In this document: positions 1-8,273 of the stretch, one piece after another
Layout: every line of letters begins with the position of its first letter
How positions within the stretch are numbered: position 1 is the stretch's first letter
Assembly: GCA_963843795.1 (NCBI GenBank)
Contig: CAWJLW010000006.1
Location: 2,554,375 to 2,618,374 of the forward strand
Source of the DNA: an uncultured bacterium
GTDB lineage: Bacteria; Armatimonadota; Abditibacteriia; Abditibacteriales; Abditibacteriaceae
Length of the DNA stretch: 64,000 bases
Direction: 5' to 3'
Translations under genes and position numbers: made by a program
The notes under the pieces: generated by a model
Told to the model about the DNA's origin: nothing
Database searches by the model: none
Seen by the model: the letters and a program-made list of their open reading frames with translations, nothing else

Positions 1-869
1 ACGCCGACCGTAACAGTATTTTCCTGCGCGAACGGATTGCCAATGGCAATCGCCCATTCGCCGATTTGCAAATCGCGCGCGTTCTTCAAAGTCGCCAATT
101 TCGCCTGGGGCAAATTTTTGTTGGCGAGTTCGACTAAGGCGATGTCGCTCAAACGGTCGCTTCCGACCAGACGTCCACTGAACTTCTGATTGTCCGGCGT
201 CGTGACTTCGATCGCCGTCGCACCGTAAACCACGTGCGCATTGGTCAGCATCAGGCCACGCTTCGAGTCGATGACAACGCCGGTTCCTTTGCCTTCGCGC
301 GGCCCGTCGCCTTGTCCTGGAGACGGCAAAAATTCCATCGTGCCGCCTTTGCCAAACTTACTATCGACGTTCATCACCGCTGGCCCGACGCGCTTGACCG
401 CATCGACGATCGCGTTGCCGCTGCTTTGTGTCACGCCGCTCAACGCACCCGCACCACTTATGCCGCCAATTTGCTGAACTGGATCGGGAGCGCCAGTGGA
501 AACGCCGCGCCGCGCACCCATCACGAAACCCATACCGACCAGAAGGCACGAGAGCGCACCGCCCAGCAACATCGCTGTCACAGGCTGCAACGCTTGCGGA
601 CGCGAGGCTTCAATGGGTCGCGCCATCTCATCACGCGTTTTTTGTTCGTCAACAGCCTGCGCAGAAACCACGGGAACGCCAGCCGAAACAGGAGAATCGT
701 TGAAAGTCGTTGGAAGAGAAGTATTTCCAGCGCTCTCGTCAGTGGGCGCGATGGTCTGCCAGGAGAGTGTGGCGTTCGCTGCATGGTTCGAGGTATCGGG
801 CACCGGCGTGAGAGTATTGTCTTGGGGCGCGTTGGAGCCGGAAGAATCGGGGAAGTTGGCGTTGTTCAT
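1..869 (-). CDS. HtrA/DegP-family trypsin-like serine protease (3' end beyond the window)
   Basis: Not in the ORF track because it is truncated. Manual translation from ATG 869 gives a TM segment, then GTGVVID..LTNAHVV..SDIALV..IGEWAIAIGNPF, which are HtrA protease motifs. Confidence 0.9.
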   Translation of the reverse strand, partial: MNNANFPDSSGSNAPQDNTLTPVPDTSNHAANATLSWQTIAPTDESAGNTSLPTTFNDSPVSAGVPVVSAQAVDEQKTRDEMARPIEASRPQALQPVTAMLLGGALSCLLVGMGFVMGARRGVSTGAPDPVQQIGGISGAGALSGVTQSSGNAIVDAVKRVGPAVMNVDSKFGKGGTMEFLPSPGQGDGPREGKGTGVVIDSKRGLMLTNAHVVYGATAIEVTTPDNQKFSGRLVGSDRLSDIALVELANKNLPQAKLATLKNARDLQIGEWAIAIGNPFAQENTVTVG

Positions 870-973
870 GGTGGAAAGCCTCGCATCAAGTATACAAGCG
901 CTCGGACTGAGGCTTCGCTTGCAAGCTCGCTTGGGTTCCGCCAAGTCGCGCGGCGTGATTTTACAGCTGACAT

Positions 974-1003
974 TTGATGAATGAGGCGCGAAGTTGCTAT
1001 AAT
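974..1003 (+). promoter_or_regulatory. sigma70-type promoter of accB, probably leaderless
   Basis: TTGATG(974)-18 nt-TATAAT(998) with extended TGn; ATG lies 8 nt downstream and there is no SD. Confidence 0.5.
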
Positions 1004-1011
1004 GCGTCTCC

Positions 1012-1491
1012 ATGTCGCTTTCTCTGGAAACCGTGCGCGCCATAGCGCGCTTGCTGCACGAAACCGATTTATCTGAAATCGAAATTGATACTGGCTCCGA
1101 TGTCAAAGGTGGCACCGACGCCACCGAATCTGAGGGCCCACCAACACCCGATGGCAGCCACATGGGCAGCCGCGTGCGTTTGCAACTGCGGCGCGGCTAT
1201 GCGCCTGGTTTGCCCTTGCGCGCTGCCGTTGAAGCGTCCAAGCCTGCTGAAGCACAGTCCGCAAGTACTCTCACGTCGATCACGGCGAGCGCGGTCGGTG
1301 TGTTTTTTGCCGATTGCGAAATTGGCGCGCAGGTAAAAAAGAATCAAGTGCTGGGTCGGGTCGAGGCCCTCAAGATTCCTCATGAAGTACGCGCGCAGAG
1401 CGCGGGCAAAGTCGTCGCGCTTTTGGTCGAAGACGGTCAAGGCGTTGAATACGGACAGGAATTGATTTCGTTCGAAGCTCAGGAAAATTGA
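1012..1491 (+). CDS. accB: acetyl-CoA carboxylase biotin carboxyl carrier protein
   Basis: N-terminal ..LHETDLSEIEI, C-terminal biotinyl domain (VEALKI..EV..G.V..LVEDGQGVEYGQEL); upstream of accC. Confidence 0.85.
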   Translation: MSLSLETVRAIARLLHETDLSEIEIDTGSDVKGGTDATESEGPPTPDGSHMGSRVRLQLRRGYAPGLPLRAAVEASKPAEAQSASTLTSITASAVGVFFADCEIGAQVKKNQVLGRVEALKIPHEVRAQSAGKVVALLVEDGQGVEYGQELISFEAQEN

Positions 1492-1525
1492 GAATTGAAG
1501 ATTGAAAACTCTTGAGGACCGAATT

Positions 1526-2053
1526 ATGAACGCTCGCTTTTCTTCTCGCTATCAACTTTCCTCACGCCATCAAATCGCTTCGCGTTGTCGTGGACAAAGC
1601 TACATTGGCATTTTGATCACTGGTGCTTTGCTGCTCGGCTTGGGGCTGCTTTTGTTGGGCAGCTTCAAAAAAGAAGACGGCACGCAGCAACGCAGCGTCG
1701 CTAAACGCGCGATTGATCGTGGAGAAAGCGTCAATACAGCCTCGAATATTTCTCAAATTCAGCAAGTCATCGAAATGTATAAAGGCGATAACGATGGCAA
1801 ACCGCCCACCTCTTACGAAGAATTGCGCAAATACGCACACGATTATCCTTCCGAGATGTGGGTCGATGGCGTGAGTGGCAAGCCCTTAATTTACGATCCT
1901 GCGACCGGTCGTATCATGGCGCCCGAAGGTTCCAACGCCAACGTGCCCGCAGCCGGTGCGCCTGGAGCTGTGCCCAACGCAATTCCCGGCATTCCCGGTT
2001 TGGACAAATTGCCCGCCCAAAGTTCATCTGCGGGCGATGCAGATATTCAATAA
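1526..2053 (+). CDS. pilin/pseudopilin (GspG-like) protein
   Basis: GAGGA SD before ATG 1526; RGQS followed by a hydrophobic helix; ISQIQQVIEMYKGDNDGKPP resembles the GspG helix/loop. Confidence 0.5.
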   Translation: MNARFSSRYQLSSRHQIASRCRGQSYIGILITGALLLGLGLLLLGSFKKEDGTQQRSVAKRAIDRGESVNTASNISQIQQVIEMYKGDNDGKPPTSYEELRKYAHDYPSEMWVDGVSGKPLIYDPATGRIMAPEGSNANVPAAGAPGAVPNAIPGIPGLDKLPAQSSSAGDADIQ

Positions 2054-2116
2054 GCCAAATCGTGCTTAAAACAGCCCTGCAAGTACTTGCTACCCTTCTT
2101 GTCGGGGCGTATTTTT

Positions 2117-3468
2117 ATGTTTAAAAAAGTTCTTATCGCCAATCGTGGCGAAATCGCCGTGCGCATTATTCGCGCCTGTCAGGAAATGAACATCGCCACC
2201 GTTGCGGTGCATTCCACCGCCGACGCCGATTCTCTGGCCGTCCAACTGGCCGATCAATCGGTGTGCATCGGGCCGCCTGCAGCCAAAGAATCGTATTTGT
2301 CCATTGCCAACATCGTTTCCGCTGCCGCCATCACCGGCGCCGAAGCGATTCATCCCGGCTACGGATTTTTGGCCGAAAACGCGTCGTTTGCCGACATTTG
2401 TTCGCAAGTCGGAATCGCCTTCATCGGGCCGACGCCGCGCGCCATCGACACGATGGGCAACAAAGCCGCGGCGCGCGAAGCGATGATGAAAGCCAATGTT
2501 CCTATTGTGCCCGGCACACCCGGAACCATTGCTGACGAACGCGCGGCTTTGAGTGCGGCGCGCGAAATCGGTTATCCGGTGATTATTAAAGCCAGCGCGG
2601 GCGGCGGCGGCAAGGGCATGCGCGTGGTGAAGGAAGAAAGCGAACTGGCGACGCAATTTTCGATGGCGCGCCAGGAAGCCGAGGCCGCGTTTGGCAACGG
2701 CGAAGTTTATATCGAGAAATATCTGATTCAACCGCGCCACATCGAAGTGCAGATTTTGGCCGACGCGCACGGCAACGTCGTTCATTTGGGCGAACGCGAT
2801 TGTTCGGTGCAAACCGCGCGACATCAGAAAATGATCGAAGAAGCGCCGTGTGCGTTTTTTCCCGAAGAAACGCGCAAAGCGCTGGGCGAAGCCGCTGTCG
2901 CCGGAGCCAAAGCTGTCGGTTACACCAACGCGGGCACGATTGAATTTCTGGTTTCGGCGACTGGCGAATTCTACTTCATGGAAATGAACACGCGCATTCA
3001 AGTCGAGCATCCGGTCACCGAACAAATCACTGGCATCGACTTGATTAAAGCGCAAATTCGCGTCGCGGCGGGCGAAGAACTTGGACGTCACGCAAGACGA
3101 CATCAGTTTCAGCGGCCATGCCATCGAATGCCGCTTGACCGCGGAAGACCCGGAAAAAAATTTCGCGCCCGCTTCGGGCACGGTCGAAAGCTTCGATGCG
3201 CCCGGCGGTTTGGGCGTGCGCGTCGATTCGCACCTGCGCAACGGTTATTTCGTGCCGCCATTTTACGATTCGCTGCTCGCCAAAATCATCGTTCACGCAC
3301 CGACGCGCGACGAAGCCATCGAGCGCATGAAACGCGCCTTGGGCGAAACCAAATTGGTCGGTTTGGCGACGACCAAAGATTATCATTTGAAGATTCTGGA
3401 CAACGAATATTTCGCAGCGCGGCGAAGTTTCGACCGACTTTTTGGCCCGTCGCATGGGCAGTAATTAA
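2117..3468 (+). CDS. accC: biotin carboxylase (two apparent single-base frameshifts near 3081 and 3414)
   Basis: [44 protein letters not shown]. The sequence continues in ORF 3081..3464 ([15 protein letters not shown]) and then a third frame ([12 protein letters not shown] 3468). Confidence 0.93.
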
Positions 3469-3484
3469 CTTCCGATTTCGATAA

Positions 3485-3516
3485 AAAATGCCCTGCAAGT
3501 ACTTGCAGGGCATTTT
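3485..3516. terminator. 32-bp perfect palindrome centred on GCAAGTACTTGC, terminator-like
   Basis: AAAATGCCCT-core-AGGGCATTTT immediately after accC. Confidence 0.6.
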
Positions 3517-3552
3517 CACGACACAAATTTAGAGCAACAGCACAACGCATTG

Positions 3553-3990
3553 ATGAGTATGAACAAACGACGTAGGCGCGAAGGACGCGATTTGGCCTTT
3601 CGCTTGATTTTTGGTTTAGACGTGGGCGGCGGCGCTTTGGACGACGCGTTGGACGCGATGCGCCAAAGCAGCGAATGCAGCAGTGAAGTGTGGGACTTTG
3701 GCAGCAGTCTGGGGCGCGGCGCGTGGGAGCGACGCGAAGAAGCCGATGTCGTGATTCGTCGTTTCGCCACCGGCTGGTCGCTGGAACGCATGGCCAACGC
3801 CGACCGCAATTTGCTGCGCTTGGCAATTTACGAAATCGCGCACCGCGACGATATTCCGCAAAGCGTCTCGATCAACGAAGCCGTCGAACTCGCCAAAACT
3901 TACTCGACAAATGAAAGCGCCAAATTCATCAATGGAATTCTGGGCAACTACGTCCGCAGCCGCGAAAGCGAAACCACAACCGCCGAATAA
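3553..3990 (+). CDS. nusB: transcription antitermination factor NusB
   Basis: RRRREGRDLAF, WSLERMANADRNLLRLAIYEI, SINEAVELAK, FINGILG. Confidence 0.95.
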   Translation: MSMNKRRRREGRDLAFRLIFGLDVGGGALDDALDAMRQSSECSSEVWDFGSSLGRGAWERREEADVVIRRFATGWSLERMANADRNLLRLAIYEIAHRDDIPQSVSINEAVELAKTYSTNESAKFINGILGNYVRSRESETTTAE

Positions 3991-4003
3991 TATTTTCAAT
4001 ACG

Positions 4004-4041
4004 CAAAAGCGCGGCTGCAAGTACTTGCAGCCGCGCTTTTG
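4004..4041. terminator. 38-bp perfect palindrome with core, terminator-like
   Basis: CAAAAGCGCGGCT-core-AGCCGCGCTTTTG after nusB. Confidence 0.65.
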
Positions 4042-4110
4042 TCATTTCAGCAACCCTCAATTTCCGACAAGCGTTCGGCTAAACTTGAGGCGTAAAGCGG
4101 AGGCCGACTT

Positions 4111-4698
4111 ATGGAAGCAATTGCCGAAAAACTTATCAGCGAAGAAGAATATTGGAAGTTGGAAGCTGTTTCAGAAATCAAGCACGAATATTTCAACGGG
4201 CGAATTTATGCGATGGCGGGCGGCACACCGTCGCACAATGCCGTTAGCCATAACATTCAAGGTTCGCTTTTCTCACGCTTGCGCGGCAAATCGTGTCGTG
4301 GTTACGGAAGCGACCAAGCGGTCAAAGCGAGTGGACTGATTACGTATCCCGACGCGCTCATCGTGTGCCCGCCCGAAAATTACGATAAAAATGCTCTGCT
4401 CAATCCGCGTGTGATGATTGAAGTGCTTTCGCCTTCGACCGAAAAATATGACCGCACGGATAAGTTCGAGTTCGTCAAGCAAATCGAATCGCTGAGTCAT
4501 TACATTTTGGTCGCCCAAGATCGCGTGCGCGTCGAACATTACGAGCGCAACGGCGAAAATTGGATTGTGCGCTCGTATTATCAGCGCGATGATGTGTTGG
4601 TGCTGGCAGATTTGGAACTCGAAATTCCGCTCGAAGAAATCTACGACCGTCTTGATTTGCCAGTTGGTTTGCAAATTTTGCCACATATGGAAAATTGA
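4111..4698 (+). CDS. Uma2 (DUF820) family PD-(D/E)XK endonuclease
   Basis: GGAGG SD; KHEYFNGRIYAMAGG..HN, YPDALIV, IEVLSPSTEKYDR..K. Confidence 0.9.
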   Translation: MEAIAEKLISEEEYWKLEAVSEIKHEYFNGRIYAMAGGTPSHNAVSHNIQGSLFSRLRGKSCRGYGSDQAVKASGLITYPDALIVCPPENYDKNALLNPRVMIEVLSPSTEKYDRTDKFEFVKQIESLSHYILVAQDRVRVEHYERNGENWIVRSYYQRDDVLVLADLELEIPLEEIYDRLDLPVGLQILPHMEN

Positions 4699-4709
4699 AT
4701 TTTACGAAG

Positions 4710-4745
4710 AAAACGCGCCCTGCAAGTACTTGCAGGGCGCGTTTT
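4710..4745. terminator. 36-bp perfect palindrome with core, terminator-like
   Basis: AAAACGCGCCCT-core-AGGGCGCGTTTT after the Uma2 gene. Confidence 0.65.
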
Positions 4746-4771
4746 TGTTGGGTTTGGCTAAACTGAACGGC

Positions 4772-5620
4772 ATGCAATTATTGGATGGAAAAGCCACTGC
4801 GGCGCGCGTGCGCGAGCAAGTCGCGCAGGGCGTGGCTCAATTGAAACAACGTGGCGTGAATGTGGGTTTGGGTGTGGTTTTGGTCGGCGACGATCCGGCG
4901 AGTCGGGTTTATGTCGGCATGAAAGAGCGCGCTTGCGAGGCCGCTGGCATCAATAGCGTGTCGCACCGTCTGCCCGCTGATGCCACGCAAGAGCAAGTAC
5001 TTGCTGCGGTGCGCGAACTCAATGCGCGCGACGATATTCACGGAATTCTGGTGCAAGACCCGTTGCCCGATGGTTTGAACATCGACGAAGTGAACGCGCT
5101 CATCGACCCGCGCAAAGATGCCGATGGCGTGGGCGCGGTTTCGATGGGCAATTTAGTGCTGAACGAACCCGGTTTCGTCGCTTGCACCGCTGCCGGAATC
5201 GCCGAACTTCTGGATGCTTACGAACTCGATTTGAAGGGCAAAAATTGCGTGGTGATCGGGCGTTCGATTACCGTCGGCAAGCCCGCCGCGCTGTTGATGT
5301 TGCAGCGTCACGCGACGGTGACGATTTGTCATTCGCGCACGCAAAATTTGGCCGATGAAGTGCGGCGCGGCGATGTGGTGATTGCGGCAATTGGCAAAGC
5401 AGAATTTATCACGGGCGACATGATCAAGCCGGGCGCGATTGTGGTCGATGCCGGTTACAATCGTGTTGAAGGCCGTAAAGGCGATGTCGGTGATGTCGAG
5501 TGGGAAAGCGCGAAAGACAAAGCGTCTTACATCACGCCAGTTCCGGGCGGCGTCGGGCCGATGACGATTGCGATGTTGCTGAAGCAAACCCTGCAAGCCG
5601 CCGAACGGTTTGCTTCCTAA
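4772..5620 (+). CDS. folD: bifunctional methylene-THF dehydrogenase/cyclohydrolase
   Basis: MQLLDGKA, VGDDPAS.VYV..K, VIGRS..VGKP, ITPVPGGVGPMT. Confidence 0.96.
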   Translation: MQLLDGKATAARVREQVAQGVAQLKQRGVNVGLGVVLVGDDPASRVYVGMKERACEAAGINSVSHRLPADATQEQVLAAVRELNARDDIHGILVQDPLPDGLNIDEVNALIDPRKDADGVGAVSMGNLVLNEPGFVACTAAGIAELLDAYELDLKGKNCVVIGRSITVGKPAALLMLQRHATVTICHSRTQNLADEVRRGDVVIAAIGKAEFITGDMIKPGAIVVDAGYNRVEGRKGDVGDVEWESAKDKASYITPVPGGVGPMTIAMLLKQTLQAAERFAS

Positions 5621-5628
5621 ACGCCACG

Positions 5629-6891
5629 ATGGAACCTGAACTTTTCGAGACCGAATTAGCCACCGACGCGATGCCAGACGTTGCGCTGACGGTCGCGGAG
5701 TTGGCGCAGCAGATCGCGCAAGTCGTGGGCAGCGATCCGATTTTGAGCGATGTACCAGTACGCGGCGAAATTTCCAATTGGAAAGAAGCCTCATCGGGCC
5801 ATTGTTATTTCACGCTCAAGGACGATTTCGCGCAGGTGCGCTGCTGTTTGTGGCGGCAAAATGCGCAAATGCTGCGCTTCAAACCGCGCGATGGCGATGG
5901 AGTTATCGCTAACGGGCGCGTCGAATGGTATAGCAAACGCGGCGAACTGAATTTCATCATCGAAAACTTGCGCTTCGATGGCGCGGGCGCGCTGTTTGAA
6001 AATTTAGAGCGTTTGAAACTTCAACTGGCGAGCGAAGGTTGTTTCGACGAGAAACGTAAAAAACCGCTGCCGAATTTGCCGCGTCGCATAGGGATTATTA
6101 CCTCTCCCACCGGCGCGGTCGCGCATGACATTACAACAGTTTTGACGCGACGTTGGCCGCTGGCAACGCTGGTTTTCATTCCGTCCAGAGTTCAAGGTTT
6201 CGATGCGGCGGAAGATTTGCGGCGCGCACTGACCTGGGCGGAAATTTACGGCGATCTCGATGTCGTGATCATGGCGCGTGGTGGCGGTTCGATTGAAGAT
6301 TTGTGGTGTTTTAACGACGAACAATTGGTGCGCGATGCGGCCAACTTTCCAATTCCACTAATTTCAGCTATCGGACACGAAACCGATTATACACTGCTCG
6401 ACTTCGCCGCCGATGTGCGCGCGCCGACACCCAGCGTGGCGGCAGAAATCGTCGCTCCCGATGTGCGCGAACTGGCGTCGGCCATTGGCGAACAGCGCGA
6501 ACGTTTATATCGCGCGGTGGGCGGGCCGGTGAACGCTTATCGGCAGCGTTTGAACTGGACGAAAGCGCGACCGGGCTTGAAACATCCTCGTGAAAAAATA
6601 GCGCGGGCGCGCACAGAAGTGGCGCGTCTGGGCACGCGAGTGCGAGACGCCAGCCTACGCCGTGTTAAAATAGAACGCCGTCTGCTGGCCGCGCACCGCG
6701 CCCAACTGCACGCGCTCGATCCTCAGCGTGTACTCGAACGTGGTTACGCGCTGCTTTTGGATGAAAAGGGCGTTCTGATCACTCAGGTCGCGCAATTAAA
6801 AGCTGGCCAAACAGTGCGCGCGCAACTGGCCGATGGCAGCGCGAACTTGCGCGTGGAAGATGACGTTGAAATTGAACATGAAAAAAAATGA
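5629..6891 (+). CDS. xseA: exodeoxyribonuclease VII large subunit
   Basis: VRGEISN..SGHCYFTLKD, ITSPTGAV..D, RGGGSIEDLW.FN, SAIGHETD, RAPTPS. Confidence 0.96.
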   Translation: MEPELFETELATDAMPDVALTVAELAQQIAQVVGSDPILSDVPVRGEISNWKEASSGHCYFTLKDDFAQVRCCLWRQNAQMLRFKPRDGDGVIANGRVEWYSKRGELNFIIENLRFDGAGALFENLERLKLQLASEGCFDEKRKKPLPNLPRRIGIITSPTGAVAHDITTVLTRRWPLATLVFIPSRVQGFDAAEDLRRALTWAEIYGDLDVVIMARGGGSIEDLWCFNDEQLVRDAANFPIPLISAIGHETDYTLLDFAADVRAPTPSVAAEIVAPDVRELASAIGEQRERLYRAVGGPVNAYRQRLNWTKARPGLKHPREKIARARTEVARLGTRVRDASLRRVKIERRLLAAHRAQLHALDPQRVLERGYALLLDEKGVLITQVAQLKAGQTVRAQLADGSANLRVEDDVEIEHEKK

Positions 6892-7156
6892 CAAGAGCAA
6901 ATCTCAATTTGATGTAACCGATTTGAGCTTTGAAAGCGCGCTGCAAGAATTGGAAAGCGTGGCCGAAAAATTGGAAACCGGGCGCGTGCCTTTGGAAGAA
7001 TCGTTGCAATTGTTGCAGCGGGGCACGTCGCTTATCGAACGCTGCGAAAGCGAATTGGATGAAGCCGAAGCGGTTTTGGAACAATTGATCGTTTCGAGCG
7101 ATGGCGAATTGGAAACCGTCGCGATTGCCAGCGAAGACGAAGATGATGACGTGTAG
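6878..7156 (+). CDS. xseB: exodeoxyribonuclease VII small subunit
   Basis: SFESALQELESVAEKLETG..PLEESL; overlaps the end of xseA. Confidence 0.93.
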   Translation: MKKNDKSKSQFDVTDLSFESALQELESVAEKLETGRVPLEESLQLLQRGTSLIERCESELDEAEAVLEQLIVSSDGELETVAIASEDEDDDV

Positions 7157-7237
7157 AAATCAAAACGCTGGATTATGGCGTGCAAGTCGCTGAGTGCAAG
7201 TACTTGCCGGTTAGAACCCAGCGTTTTTAGTCGAATT

Positions 7238-8158
7238 ATGAATGCAATATCGTGGCATTTTGCGCCATGTGAAATCGAGACACATCTGTCGCAATTGTTG
7301 CCCGAACTTTCGCCTGAGTGGGCCAAAGACCAGTGGGAACTGGCGCGTCTGCGCGGCGCTATGCGCTCGGCAGTCTTCAGCGGTGGCAAGCGCTTGCGCT
7401 CGCAACTGGTGCTTGAAGCCTATGCAACAACCTGTCGCGCGCGCGGAGAAACGCCACAACTGGCGCAAATCGCGCCCGCTGCCTGTGCCCTGGAACTGAT
7501 TCACGCTTATTCGCTGGTGCACGATGATTTGCCCGCGATGGACGACGCCGACACGCGGCGAGGACGGCCCAGTTGTCATATTGAATGGGGCGAAGCGCTA
7601 GCGATTTTAGTCGGCGACGGTTTGCAAACTTTAGCTTTTGAAACTTTGTGCGAACTATCGGCGCCGCCGCTATTGGTTGTGCGCGCGATGAAAATTGTGG
7701 CCAGTGCAGCGGGCGAGCAAGGCATGGTCGGCGGCCAGACGATTGATATTGAATGGTCGCAAGAACACATCACACAGGTCAGTGGCGCGCAACTTTTGGA
7801 AATGCACGCCTTAAAAACCGGCGCGCTCATTCGCGCATCGGCGGAAACCGGTGCGGTTTTGGGCGCGGGAAGCAATGAGCAAGTAACTGCCCTGCGCGAA
7901 TACGGCGCGCAGTTGGGACGCGCCTTTCAGATTCAGGATGATGTGCTGGATATCGAAGGCGATCCAGCAATGATGGGCAAGAAATCGACGGACACGGCGA
8001 ACTTCAAAATTACCGCGCCCGGCGCGTTCGGTTTGGAACAGGCCCGTCAAATGGCAATCGAAAGTTCGCAAAATGCCGAACGCGCTTTGCAGATTTTCGG
8101 GCCAGAGGCTGATGCCTTGCGAAGTCTGTCCAAATTCGTCGTCAACCGCAAAGCGTAA
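7238..8158 (+). CDS. ispA: polyprenyl synthetase (farnesyl/geranylgeranyl diphosphate synthase)
   Basis: GGKRLR, ELIHAYSLVHDDLPAMDDADTRRG, KTGAL, FQIQDDVLD. Confidence 0.92.
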   Translation: MNAISWHFAPCEIETHLSQLLPELSPEWAKDQWELARLRGAMRSAVFSGGKRLRSQLVLEAYATTCRARGETPQLAQIAPAACALELIHAYSLVHDDLPAMDDADTRRGRPSCHIEWGEALAILVGDGLQTLAFETLCELSAPPLLVVRAMKIVASAAGEQGMVGGQTIDIEWSQEHITQVSGAQLLEMHALKTGALIRASAETGAVLGAGSNEQVTALREYGAQLGRAFQIQDDVLDIEGDPAMMGKKSTDTANFKITAPGAFGLEQARQMAIESSQNAERALQIFGPEADALRSLSKFVVNRKA

Positions 8159-8273
8159 AAATTAAACGAAAACAGGAAGCAAAAATTTGAGAACGCAGAG
8201 CGTTGCCAACACCCCGCAAGTACTTGCAGGACGTTTGCGACGCTGGTTTCAAGTTTTTGATGTGGAGTTACTC

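Noticed and set aside
234..984. Plus-strand ORFs 234..977 and 496..984
   Set aside because: Antisense shadows of the htrA gene on the minus strand.
3070..3420. Programmed frameshifting in accC, purF, aspC or citrate synthase
   Set aside because: No slippery heptamers; scattered single-base indels across unrelated genes fit sequencing error better.
4565..4771. N-terminal extensions in the ORF track containing CKYLQ/LQVLA (folD; also dxs, hemB, CPBP 24726, citrate synthase)
   Set aside because: These are read-through of the stop-free intergenic palindrome; homology and SD/-10 signals place the true starts downstream.
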